This document shows positions 9,448 through 19,116 of a stretch of 64,000 nt of DNA, piece after piece; positions within the stretch are counted from its first letter, which is position 1, and every line of letters starts with the position of its first letter. Origin of the DNA: Deltaproteobacteria bacterium (GTDB lineage: Bacteria > Myxococcota > Kuafuiibacteriia > Kuafuiibacteriales > Kuafuiibacteriaceae). The DNA lies in assembly GCA_040218735.1 (NCBI GenBank), contig JAVJQW010000041.1:288001-352000 (forward strand). Reading direction: 5' to 3'. The notes beneath the pieces are model-generated. The model ran no database searches. It was not told the origin of the DNA and saw only the letters and a list, made by a program, of their open reading frames with translations. A program made the position numbers and the translations under genes.

Positions 9448-11433
9448 ATGCCCCTGCGACCGGAACGACGGACGACGCGCCTCGGGCTGGACCCGACGCT
9501 GCCCCAGGTCGACTTCGCCGCGGGGAAGCGGAGCGATGCGAGCGCCGCCGACGTCTACGAGGGGCACGGTCACGTCGCCAACGTCGAGGCCGGCGACGAG
9601 GGGCCGGCGCTGCACAAACTCGTCGGGGACCTCGATCCGGCGGGGATCCGAAAGCTCCTGAAAGACGACCCGAAGGCGATCGACAAACGCAACGCGGTCG
9701 GCGACGCGGCGCTCCACCTGGTCGCGGACCAGGGTGCGGTGATGCTCGCGGAGCTGTTCGACGAGAAGGGCGCCGACCCGCGCGTGAACGACCGACGCGG
9801 GCTGATGCCTGGGCACCGCGCCGCCGAGAAACACCCGCGCACCGCCGCGTTCCTGATCGACCGCGCGGCGGCGAGTGACGCGGTCGAAGGTCCGGTGTTG
9901 AAGCCGGCAGAGCTGTCGCGTCGCATCGCGGACGCGTCGCTGGACTCCGACAAGGCGATCGACAAACTCGCGGCGAGCCTGTGCGGCGTCACCGTCGGCA
10001 CGCTCAACTCCGCGCGCCAGGTGGTGAAGAACCGCACGCACCTCGAAGAGGTGAAGGGCACCATCCTGGAGCTCAAGGCGGAGGCGTGGTGGCAGGCCGA
10101 GTTCGGGCCCCAGCGTGTACGCGCGCTGCTGTCGGCGATCGCCGAGACGGCAGAGAAAGGCGAGCCGGTCCCCGGAGCGCGTAAGGTGCTCGAGCGCGAG
10201 ATCGGCGTGCAGCTCGACATGCTGCGGACGATTCGCCGCGTGCGCGCGATGGCGAGGAGCTCTTCGCCGATGCTGCGCCGGAGCGCGATGAAGCTGGAGG
10301 CGCGCCTCGTCACGCCACGCATCCTCGACGCCGACCACGAAGTGGCGTTGGCGCTCGGGTGGAAGGGGCACGCGATCTACGGCGGCTTCACGCACGTCCC
10401 GCCGAACGCCGAGCACCCCGAGGCGACGTTGCTGGTGCGCGTCGACAACCGCGGCTCGGGCGCGAAGCTCGCGCACGAGAAGACCGAGGAAGGCGACGTC
10501 GTCACGCGGGCGTTCCACGTCCCGGTCGCGTACCTCGAGACACCCAAGGGCCGCGCGGCGTTCGAGGGGTTCGTCGCGGATCTGCTCCTCACGAAGGCGA
10601 CCCCCGACAGCAAGGGTGACGACTTCTACGCGCACGTCGCGACGTTCAAGCGCGCGGTGAAGGAAGCGACGAAGAAATCGGAGCTCGTGGAGAGCACCCA
10701 CGGCGTGGTCGATCAGTCGACGTTGCCCGCGCAGATCGCCGGCAACTGCGTCGTGGCGAACACGTTCCCGGGGCTCTCGTCGCGCCTCGGTCCCGAGCTG
10801 TACACGTGGTTCACGGAGTACGAGCGCGACCTCGCGCGGGACCTCGTCGGTGAGTTCGCGGATCCCAACACGCTGATCGATCAGCAGTGCCTCGAGCGTG
10901 ACCAGCGGCAGATCGAGAAGGTCCTCGACGGCGACGGTCCGTGGGCGGAGCGCCTCAGCGCGATCCTCGGGGCGGCGACGTACGCGGGGGTCGAGGAGGT
11001 CGCGAACGAGGTCACCGCGGATCACCTGGAGGCGGTGATCGAACACGGCGACCACGAGGCGCTGAAGCTCCTCCTCGAACACGGCGCGCCGTTGGAGGCG
11101 CGCGGGCACCGCGATCGTTCGCCGCTGCACATGGCGGCGCGGCTCGGGCACGACAAGTGTGTGAAGGTCCTGCTCGCCGCGGGCGCGAGCCTCACCGCGC
11201 GCGACGACGAAGGGAACACACCGCTGCACCTCGCGGTGAAGTCGAGCTCTTCGTCATCGGTCGCGCAGCTCCTCGCGAAGGGCGCGGACCGCGACCTCGA
11301 GAACGACGCCGGCGAGTCGCCGCGCTCGATGATCGAGGCGCAGGTCGGGCAGACGATGTTGATCGCCAAGTCCCTCGGCGTCGAATCGAACCGCGGTCGT
11401 CGGCAGACGCCGTTCGGCCGAACCGGGACCTGA
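9448..11433 (+). CDS. Ankyrin-repeat protein with central putative cysteine-protease-like domain
   Basis: Ankyrin motifs near both ends (GDAALHL, SPLHMAA, GNTPLHLA); central GHAI / DNRG / QIAGNC. Confidence 0.75.
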   Translation: MPLRPERRTTRLGLDPTLPQVDFAAGKRSDASAADVYEGHGHVANVEAGDEGPALHKLVGDLDPAGIRKLLKDDPKAIDKRNAVGDAALHLVADQGAVMLAELFDEKGADPRVNDRRGLMPGHRAAEKHPRTAAFLIDRAAASDAVEGPVLKPAELSRRIADASLDSDKAIDKLAASLCGVTVGTLNSARQVVKNRTHLEEVKGTILELKAEAWWQAEFGPQRVRALLSAIAETAEKGEPVPGARKVLEREIGVQLDMLRTIRRVRAMARSSSPMLRRSAMKLEARLVTPRILDADHEVALALGWKGHAIYGGFTHVPPNAEHPEATLLVRVDNRGSGAKLAHEKTEEGDVVTRAFHVPVAYLETPKGRAAFEGFVADLLLTKATPDSKGDDFYAHVATFKRAVKEATKKSELVESTHGVVDQSTLPAQIAGNCVVANTFPGLSSRLGPELYTWFTEYERDLARDLVGEFADPNTLIDQQCLERDQRQIEKVLDGDGPWAERLSAILGAATYAGVEEVANEVTADHLEAVIEHGDHEALKLLLEHGAPLEARGHRDRSPLHMAARLGHDKCVKVLLAAGASLTARDDEGNTPLHLAVKSSSSSSVAQLLAKGADRDLENDAGESPRSMIEAQVGQTMLIAKSLGVESNRGRRQTPFGRTGT

Positions 11434-11539
11434 GGTCGGCGAAGTCGGGTCCCGACCGACCGTCCACCCAGCGCACGCCACACGCCCCCGCACATCCGGA
11501 CGATGACGACGAGGCTCGGTGCGCGCGAGCATCGAAAGC

Positions 11540-12784
11540 ATGGACCGTCACTCCGTACTCTTCGTTGGACTCCTGGGCGCCTGCATCCCCGCGGCGCCCG
11601 AGGGGACGTCCTTCGACCCGCCGCCCCCGCCCACCGTCACGCGGGACGCGGGGCAGGAGGCGATGATGGCGCCGCCGCGGGACGGGGGCATCGCGCCCAA
11701 GCCAGACGCCGGCTTCGTCGACGCCGGGACGGTGGTGCGCGACGGTGGACCGCGGGACGGAGGCGTCGTTCCGCCGTCGGGGCTGCCGGTGCTCGGCAAC
11801 GGCCAGCACACCCTGGACGCCGTGATCGCGACGACCGTCGCGGACACCTCGGTCGGTCACGACCGCCCGACGGATCTCGCGTTCAACCCGACGCGCTCGA
11901 ACGAGCTGTGGGTGGTGAACCAGGGCGACAACACGGTGTGGATCGCGACGTCGCCGGGCGAGTCGAACCAGTCTGCGGTGTGGCGCGGAGGGCGAACGAT
12001 CGGGCGGCACTTCCTCCCGCGCCCGTCGGGGATCGCGTTCGGCGACGCGGGGGACTTCGCAACGATTCACGAGGAGGACCGCGTCACGCAGTCGAGCACG
12101 CCCGGGGACTTCATGGGGCCGACGTTGTGGCCCTCGAACCTGTCGATCTTCGACGGCGGCCACGCGGGCCACATCGACATGCTGCACAACACCCCGAACG
12201 GGATGGGCATCGCGTGGGAGAGCGGCAACGCGTACTGGGTCTTCGACGGCTACCACGCTTCGATCACCCGCTACGACTTCCGGCGTGACCACGGGCCGGG
12301 CGGGAGCGACCACAGCGACGGGCACATCGTTCGGTACGCGGAGGGGCAGGTGTCGCGCATCGAAGGCGTGCCTTCACACCTCGCGTTCGACGCCGCGACC
12401 CGCACGCTCTACATCGCGGACACCGGCAACAATCGGATCGCGACGTTGGACACCGAGAGCGGCTCGCGCGGCGGCTCGATACAGCCGAACTACGACGGCG
12501 TCACGCAGTACGCGATGACGGGCGCGGCGCTCGGGACGTTCGTCGACGGCGCGTCGAGTGGTTTGTCGGCGCCGAGCGGTCTCGAGCTGTACGACGGACA
12601 TGTGTTCGTCGGCGACAACGCCACGGGGATCATCTCGGCGTTCGCGATGGACGGGGAGCTCGTCGACTGGCTCGACACCGCGCTGCCGGCGGGGGCGCTG
12701 ACGGGGCTCGCGTTCGACGCGGGCGGTCGGCTCTACTACCTCGACGCGATCGGTGGTCGCGTGCTGCGCGTCGCGGAGCGCTGA
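11540..12784 (+). CDS. Lipoprotein with NHL/beta-propeller domain
   Basis: Lipobox LLGAC; RDAG linker; PTDLAF, IDMLH, LYIADTGNNRI repeats. Confidence 0.7.
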   Translation: MDRHSVLFVGLLGACIPAAPEGTSFDPPPPPTVTRDAGQEAMMAPPRDGGIAPKPDAGFVDAGTVVRDGGPRDGGVVPPSGLPVLGNGQHTLDAVIATTVADTSVGHDRPTDLAFNPTRSNELWVVNQGDNTVWIATSPGESNQSAVWRGGRTIGRHFLPRPSGIAFGDAGDFATIHEEDRVTQSSTPGDFMGPTLWPSNLSIFDGGHAGHIDMLHNTPNGMGIAWESGNAYWVFDGYHASITRYDFRRDHGPGGSDHSDGHIVRYAEGQVSRIEGVPSHLAFDAATRTLYIADTGNNRIATLDTESGSRGGSIQPNYDGVTQYAMTGAALGTFVDGASSGLSAPSGLELYDGHVFVGDNATGIISAFAMDGELVDWLDTALPAGALTGLAFDAGGRLYYLDAIGGRVLRVAER

Positions 12785-12785
12785 C

Positions 12786-14090
12786 TCACTCGACGCGGAG
12801 CACCGTCATCATGCCGTCCTCGGCGTGCGGGAGGATGTGACAGTGGGTCATCCAGTCGCCGGGGTTGTCGGCGTCGATGCGTAGTCGTACGCGGTCGCGG
12901 ATGCGGAGGTTGAACGTGTCCTCGATCGTTCGGTACGGCGGTGGGACGCCGTTCACGGAGAGCACCTCGAACTCGAGCCCGTGGATGTGGAACGGGTGCT
13001 GGCTCGGCGAGAGGTTCACGACGTCGACGATCGCGACCTGGCCGAAGGGGATCGTCTCGATGGTGACGTTCGGGAAGCGCTCGCCGTTGATCATCCAGAC
13101 GCGCGAGCGGTCGCTCCCCGCGAGGGCGTAGACGATGTCCGCGTGGCCCGGGTCGTCGCTCACGACGCCGCCCGGGAAGGGCCACGCGAGCGGCGCGGGG
13201 GCCGGCGCGGGGTTGTTCACGGCGATCCGCACGAGGTCGACGGGGTCGCCCCACTGGTCGCCGCCGTTCAACGAGTAGGGGGCCGTTTGGATCGCGAAGT
13301 CGTCCTCGCCGACGGACAGCTCGACGTCGGCGCGGTCCCCGGGGCCGAGGATGATGCGCTGCGGAGACTGTGCGCCGGGGAGGAGGCCCTGGTCGCTCGC
13401 GATGTGGAGCATCCCAGGTGCGGACAGGGCGAGGATGCCGACGTTGCTCGCGTTGACGAAGCGCGCGCGCACCGTGCTGCCTCCGTCGATGGAGAGCTCG
13501 GCGTCCTCGACGCCGTTGACCCGCCAGCGCACGGTGCGCCGGCCGTGACCGTGGGCGTGCTGCATCGGCGAAAGCTCGTCGACGACGTCGGCGATCAACA
13601 CGATGTCGACGTCCGGCACCGGGTCCGCGGGGTCGTGCACGACGAGCGCGCCGTAGAGGCCGCCTTCGACCTGCGACTCGGTGTCGAAGTGCGGGTGGTA
13701 GAAGAACGTGCCCGCCTGCGTGAGCCGGAACTGGTACGTGAACGTCTCGCCGGGGCCGACCGGGTCGCGCATCCAGGTGACGCCGTCCATGTCGAACGGG
13801 ACGGCGACGCCATGCCAGTGAATGGTGGTCGCGGTGTCGAGGTCGTTGACGAGATCGACGACGAGGAGATCGCCGACGTTCGCGCGGATCGTCGGGCCGG
13901 GGTTCGTTCCGTTGTAGGCGTAGAGGAAGTCGGCGCCGTCCGCGAGGTGCGACGCGGTGAGCAGGACCCGGACGGTGTCGGCCGCGGGGTCGAGGTCCGT
14001 CGCTTCGACCGGGGCGAGCGCGCGCGGCGCGGCGGTGGTGGCCTCGCGGCACGCGACGGCGAGCAGCAGGACGAGCGCGAGCTTCTTCAT
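12786..14090 (-). CDS. Multicopper oxidase lipoprotein
   Basis: HWHG, YHPH, HPFHIHG, HCHILPHAEDGMM copper motifs; lipobox LAVAC; start moved to MKKLAL. Confidence 0.92.
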   Translation of the reverse strand: MKKLALVLLLAVACREATTAAPRALAPVEATDLDPAADTVRVLLTASHLADGADFLYAYNGTNPGPTIRANVGDLLVVDLVNDLDTATTIHWHGVAVPFDMDGVTWMRDPVGPGETFTYQFRLTQAGTFFYHPHFDTESQVEGGLYGALVVHDPADPVPDVDIVLIADVVDELSPMQHAHGHGRRTVRWRVNGVEDAELSIDGGSTVRARFVNASNVGILALSAPGMLHIASDQGLLPGAQSPQRIILGPGDRADVELSVGEDDFAIQTAPYSLNGGDQWGDPVDLVRIAVNNPAPAPAPLAWPFPGGVVSDDPGHADIVYALAGSDRSRVWMINGERFPNVTIETIPFGQVAIVDVVNLSPSQHPFHIHGLEFEVLSVNGVPPPYRTIEDTFNLRIRDRVRLRIDADNPGDWMTHCHILPHAEDGMMTVLRVE

Positions 14091-16231
14091 CGGCGCACCT
14101 CCGCCATGCGTTGGTCCGGGTTGGGCCAGCCGCGCGCGCGCGCGGTGGCGTGCGGATACGCGCGGTAGTAGAGGCGCGCGGTGACCACCGGATCTGCGCA
14201 CGTCGTCGCGAAGCGGTGCGCGCTCGTGTGCGAGTGCTGCGGCATGAGGCGGTTGTCACTCGCGACGTCGACCGCGAGGAAGTGCGGCACGGCGCGCCGA
14301 CCGTCGCGGTCCACGTACACCCGCATGAACGCAAAGCCGGGTGCGCCGGCGAGCAGGGCGGCCTCGGAGCCGTCGGTCGGTCGCTCCGATCCGCGGACGC
14401 GGTGTGCGACGTCGCCCGCCGGGAGCGGGGCGTCGAACGTCACGGCGCCGTTCGATGCGACGGTCTCGATCCGTCGCGAGCCGACGACGCTCTCGATCGG
14501 CATGCCGCGCTCGGCGGCGCTGCGCGTACCGCGGCTGAACGTGAGCGGGCCGTCGTAGTCGTAGTGACCGCCGGGGCGCGCGACGACGCGGACGACGTCG
14601 CCGACCTCGGCGCCGGGCCAGCGGTTCCAGTCGCCGGTGCCGTCCTGCGTTGCGAGCGCTCCGCCGAAGTCCGGGATGGCGTCGCCGCCGGTGGCGGCGA
14701 GGGGTGTGGCTCCGCAGTGCGCTTCGACGGCGAGCACGACGCTCCGCATCGCTTCGCCGGTCGGGAGGGCGTGGCCGGCGCCGACGTTTTTCACGGTGAC
14801 CTCCGCGTCGAGCACGTTGCCGTTCACGGTCGAGCTCACGAAGACCGCGGCGGCGAGCTCGAGCATCCGCGCCTCGGGTTGGCGTGGCCCGTACCAGCTG
14901 TGGCGGCGCACTTCGCCGGGCGGTCGTCGCCAGCCGCCCGCGATGCCGATGACGCCGTCGTCGAGCGTCTGCAGGTCCGCGCTGTTCATCCGATCCGCGG
15001 CGGGCGGCATGTGGCACGCCTGGCAGGGCGTGGAGGGGTTCATCGGGCCGGCGCTCCACTCCGAGTAGGTGCTCGCGAAGGGCAGCGCGCCGTCGGGCCA
15101 GCGCGCGGGATCGAGGGCGTCGCCGCTGCGCATCGGGGGGCCTTCGTGTTCGTGGCAGCCCGCGCACAACAGGGCCTCGCGGAAGTGCGCGCGCGGGACG
15201 TTGCCCATCCGAGGGTTCGGGACGTCGAGGCTCGGGCCGAACACCAGCGGGAGGAAGCCGCCGCCGCCGAGGGTCACCGGCGCGGGTTCACTGGGGCGAA
15301 GGATCTTCAGCCGCCCCGCGACGCCCGGCGCCGCGGCGAGGTCGACGTCCTCCACGTGGTGGCACGCGTCGCAGTGCACGCCGTAGTCGTAGGCGAAGCC
15401 GCTCGCGTCGAGGAGGTCACGCCCACCGAGCACGCCGTCCATCGCCGGGGCGTGGCAGTCGGCGCACTCCGCGAAGGCGGTGGCGCTCGTCTCGCAGGGG
15501 GGCTCAGTGCAAGCTGGGTTGACGGCCTGCAGGGCGCCGGTGCCGACGTAACAACGGAAGGCGGCGGCGCCGGTGCCCGGGGCGACGCCTTCGCGCCACA
15601 GCCCGCCCGCCGCGGTGCACGTGGCTTCGGAGTCGAACGTCGCCGCGGTGCCCGCGTAGAAGTCGTGCACGCGCGGGTTCTTCGCCGAGGTCCGGTGCGG
15701 GGACGCGAACCAGTCCTCGTTGAGGGTCAGGTGGCAGTGCGCGCACTGGCCGGTGGTGTCGCGTCGGGTCGGCTCGCCCGGGTCCGCGAACGGGTAGTCG
15801 GGGTTGTCGGAGCGGTCGAAGCGCTCGAGCTCGATCGTCACGCGCCCCACGAGCGCGTCGAGGTGCGCGCCGCGTGTGCGTGCGTCGGGGTGGCTCGCGG
15901 CGACGCCGAGCTGGCCGTGGGCGTCGGGGTCGAGGTCGACGACGACCGTGCCGTCCGGCCCGGTGGTCCACTGACGTTCGGCGCCCCCCTGTTTGACGAT
16001 CGCGCCCTCGATCGGCGCGCCGTCGAGCAGCACGGTGATGACGAGGTCGGTCAAGCCACCGTCGCGGTCACCGCCGTCCGCCTCGCCGGCGTCACGTACG
16101 GTTCCGGCGTCACGTAGGGTTCCGGCGTCGCGCACGCCGACGTCGCGGGTGCCGGCGTCGCGAGGTGGATCGACGAGGTCTTCGCCGTTACACGCGACGC
16201 ACAGCACGAGGAGGGGCGCGAGCCGCTTCAC
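14087..16231 (-). CDS. Multiheme c-type cytochrome lipoprotein (5 CxxCH)
   Basis: CAHCH, CADCH, CDACH, CAGCH, CQACH; AGHALPTG motif; lipobox CVAC. Confidence 0.85.
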   Translation of the reverse strand: MKRLAPLLVLCVACNGEDLVDPPRDAGTRDVGVRDAGTLRDAGTVRDAGEADGGDRDGGLTDLVITVLLDGAPIEGAIVKQGGAERQWTTGPDGTVVVDLDPDAHGQLGVAASHPDARTRGAHLDALVGRVTIELERFDRSDNPDYPFADPGEPTRRDTTGQCAHCHLTLNEDWFASPHRTSAKNPRVHDFYAGTAATFDSEATCTAAGGLWREGVAPGTGAAAFRCYVGTGALQAVNPACTEPPCETSATAFAECADCHAPAMDGVLGGRDLLDASGFAYDYGVHCDACHHVEDVDLAAAPGVAGRLKILRPSEPAPVTLGGGGFLPLVFGPSLDVPNPRMGNVPRAHFREALLCAGCHEHEGPPMRSGDALDPARWPDGALPFASTYSEWSAGPMNPSTPCQACHMPPAADRMNSADLQTLDDGVIGIAGGWRRPPGEVRRHSWYGPRQPEARMLELAAAVFVSSTVNGNVLDAEVTVKNVGAGHALPTGEAMRSVVLAVEAHCGATPLAATGGDAIPDFGGALATQDGTGDWNRWPGAEVGDVVRVVARPGGHYDYDGPLTFSRGTRSAAERGMPIESVVGSRRIETVASNGAVTFDAPLPAGDVAHRVRGSERPTDGSEAALLAGAPGFAFMRVYVDRDGRRAVPHFLAVDVASDNRLMPQHSHTSAHRFATTCADPVVTARLYYRAYPHATARARGWPNPDQRMAEVRR

Positions 16232-16264
16232 GCCGTTCGTTTCAACATACGTGACTGCGTCTGC

Positions 16265-17860
16265 TCAAGTCGGACCGACGTAGGCGAAAGAGTCGGCTTC
16301 GGACGCCTCGAACGGGCGACGGTACGGTTCCGGGATTTCGTCGCTCAGCAGCTGCCCCGGTTTCAGGCCCACGAAGATCTCCCCGTAGTGCTGTACGGTG
16401 ATCTCGTTCGTACGTCGTTTGATGTGCCAGGGACGGAGCGCGCCCGGGTGCTCCAGTCCGGCCGCGCCGACGACCTCCATCATCGCCTTCACCGTGTCGC
16501 GCTGAAAGCAATGCACGCGGTCGGCCTTGTCCACGACGTCGAGGCCCTTCATCAGCGCCGGGTCCTGCGTCGCGACGCCGGTCGGACAGTGGTTCGAGTT
16601 ACAGCGCAGCGCCTGGATGCACCCGAGCGCGAGCATCATCGCGCGCGCCGAGCAGGTGACATCCGCGCCGATCGCGCAGAGCCTCGCGATGTCGAACCCC
16701 GTGACGACCTTGCCCGTCGCGACGATCTTCACGTCGTCGCGTACACCGAAGCCGACGAGGGTGTTGTGCACGAACACCAGCGCCTCGGGGAGCGGCGAGC
16801 CGATGGAGTTGGAGAACTCGAGGGGGGCCGCGCCGGTGCCGCCTTCGCCGCCGTCGACCGCGATGAAGTCCGGCACGATGCCGGTCTTCTTCATCGCCTT
16901 CACGATCGCCATGAGCTCGTGGCGCTTACCGAGGCAGAGCTTGAACCCGACCGGTTTGCCGCCGCTCGCTTCGCGCAGCGTTTCGATCCACTCGAGGAGC
17001 CCGATCGGCGTCGAGAACGTCCGGTGGCGCGGCGGGGAGAGGACGTCCTGACCCATCGGCACGCCGCGGATGCGCGCAATCTCGGGGGTGATCTTCGCCG
17101 CGGGGAGGATGCCGCCGTGACCCGGCTTGGCGCCCTGCGAGAGCTTCACCTCGATCATCTTCACCGAGGGCTTCGCGGCGTTGTCCGAGAAACAAGCCAG
17201 GTCGAACCCGCCGTCCGCGCCGCGGCAGCCGAAGTAGCCGGTGCCGATCTGCCAGACGAGATCACCGCCGGGGCGGAGGTGATAGTCCGAGAGGCCCCCC
17301 TCGCCGGTGTTGTGATAGAAGCCGCCGCGCTTCGCGCCTTCGTTGAGCGCGAGGATCGCGTTCTTCGACAGCGACCCGTAGCTCATCGCGGAGACGTTGA
17401 GGAGCGCCGCGTCGTACGGGGCCTTGCGCGACGCGCCGAAACGAACCCGCGGCGCCTCGGGCGCGTGATCGACACAGAGCATGCTGTGGTTGATCCACTC
17501 GTAGCCGACGGCGCCGGTGTCGAGCTGCGTTCCGAAGGGCAGCGTCGACAGCTCACCCTTCGCGCGCTGGTAGACGATCGATCGTTGCTCACGTGTCATC
17601 GGGCGCCCGTCGTGGTTCTGCTCGATGAAGTACTGCGAGATCTCCGGGCGGACGGCCTCCAGGAGGTAACGCCCGTGGCCGACGATCGGGAAGTTGCGCA
17701 GGATGGCGTGGTCGCGTTGGAGCACGTCGTAGACGCCGAGGAGCACCAGCGGAACGACCAACGCGTAGGCGAGGTACGCCGGGGGCCACAGCTGCGCGGC
17801 GGCGCCGATCCCGGCGAGCAGCGCGATGGAGATCAGGAAGAAGACGGCGCGTGGGCTCAT
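16265..17860 (-). CDS. FMN-binding glutamate synthase family protein
   Basis: SAMSYGSLS, NTGEGG, KLSQGAKPGHGG, DGGEGGTGAA, CIQALRCNSNHCPTG; N-terminal TM helices. Confidence 0.92.
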   Translation of the reverse strand: MSPRAVFFLISIALLAGIGAAAQLWPPAYLAYALVVPLVLLGVYDVLQRDHAILRNFPIVGHGRYLLEAVRPEISQYFIEQNHDGRPMTREQRSIVYQRAKGELSTLPFGTQLDTGAVGYEWINHSMLCVDHAPEAPRVRFGASRKAPYDAALLNVSAMSYGSLSKNAILALNEGAKRGGFYHNTGEGGLSDYHLRPGGDLVWQIGTGYFGCRGADGGFDLACFSDNAAKPSVKMIEVKLSQGAKPGHGGILPAAKITPEIARIRGVPMGQDVLSPPRHRTFSTPIGLLEWIETLREASGGKPVGFKLCLGKRHELMAIVKAMKKTGIVPDFIAVDGGEGGTGAAPLEFSNSIGSPLPEALVFVHNTLVGFGVRDDVKIVATGKVVTGFDIARLCAIGADVTCSARAMMLALGCIQALRCNSNHCPTGVATQDPALMKGLDVVDKADRVHCFQRDTVKAMMEVVGAAGLEHPGALRPWHIKRRTNEITVQHYGEIFVGLKPGQLLSDEIPEPYRRPFEASEADSFAYVGPT

Positions 17861-17918
17861 GCAGCGCGGATCATCGCCACAATCGATCCGCCGGGCCAGG
17901 GGTCGCGAACGCGCGGGA

Positions 17919-19103
17919 TCAGGCGAGCCAGTCGAGCACCAGCGCGGCCGACCAGGTGAACTGGTCCGCGCCGAGCCCCTCGCCGGTGAGCGGGTGGTAG
18001 TACTCCCGGAAGCCGACGCGGTCCGCCAGCTCCAGCGCACGTTCCTTCAGCGGGAGGGAGACGTGGGGCGCGAGGAGCCAGTCGATGTTGAGCCACGTCG
18101 GACCGCGCCAGTAGCGGCGCGGGTCGAACGCTGGATCGGACGGAGCGGTCGACGGCACGGGGTAGGGCGTGTCGAAGCGCGCCGTCAGACCGGCGTCGAG
18201 GCGCGTACGCCGTTCGGCCGGGAGGTCTTCGAGGATCAGCGGGAGGTAACCGCCGACGACGTCGGCCGTGAGCGCTCCGCCGTTGGCGTCGACGTACTGG
18301 TAGCGCCCGAGCTCGTCGTCCCAGAGGCGCTCGAGCGCCTCCGCGATCCGGGCGGCGCGTGCGGCGGCGTCGGTCTCGATGGACAGCGCGGCACACAGGC
18401 GGGCGAGGTCGTGCTCGGAGCGCGCGAGGCACGCGGTCATCAGCGGATCGTAGACGGCGAACGGTCCCGGGCCGAAGTCGTCCGCCGCGATCGCCTTCAC
18501 GATCACCGCGTAACGTTTGTAGTGGTCGTCGGTCGGGCGTTCGGCGGGGTCGGCGACGTGGTTGACGTCGCGTCGCACGAACGGCGGCGCGTCCGCCGGG
18601 TCGATTCTCGACAGCGGTTCATCCCAGACCGGACAGTTGTCGAGCCCGCTCTCCCAGGGGTGCACGACGGCGACGAGGCCCCACCCGTTCGGGTCGCGCG
18701 CCTTTCGAAAGAACGCGTGCGACGCTTCGATCGCGGGGACGAGCGGGCGCAGATCTTCACCGTCGACGCCGAGCTCGAAGAGGCGCCAGGCCGCCGTGCC
18801 CCACACGGGGGGTTGGGTGATCGAGGAGCTGTCCGTCGTCCCCCAGAACGACGCGTCGGGCCAGTAGCCGGTCGCGTCGGGGTCGAAGAAGATGTGCGGC
18901 ACACGTCCGTCGGGCCACGCCGACCCCATCAGGCGGCGCAGCTCCGCGAGCGCGCGCCCCCGATCGACGTGCGCCCAACCGATCGCCGCGAACGCGGAGT
19001 CCCACGCCCACTGGTGCGGGTAGAGCTTCGGCGAGGGCACGGTGTGCTCGCCGCGATCGTTGTCCTTCAGCACCTGTGCGGCGCGTGTAGCGAGGTCGTT
19101 CAT
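17919..19103 (-). CDS. GH63-like mannosyl/glucosylglycerate hydrolase
   Basis: YPHQWAWDS, TQPP, HPWESGLDN, YWRGPTW, FREYY, FTWSAA. Confidence 0.85.
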   Translation of the reverse strand: MNDLATRAAQVLKDNDRGEHTVPSPKLYPHQWAWDSAFAAIGWAHVDRGRALAELRRLMGSAWPDGRVPHIFFDPDATGYWPDASFWGTTDSSSITQPPVWGTAAWRLFELGVDGEDLRPLVPAIEASHAFFRKARDPNGWGLVAVVHPWESGLDNCPVWDEPLSRIDPADAPPFVRRDVNHVADPAERPTDDHYKRYAVIVKAIAADDFGPGPFAVYDPLMTACLARSEHDLARLCAALSIETDAAARAARIAEALERLWDDELGRYQYVDANGGALTADVVGGYLPLILEDLPAERRTRLDAGLTARFDTPYPVPSTAPSDPAFDPRRYWRGPTWLNIDWLLAPHVSLPLKERALELADRVGFREYYHPLTGEGLGADQFTWSAALVLDWLA

Positions 19104-19116
19104 GGGTGGGTCCAGG

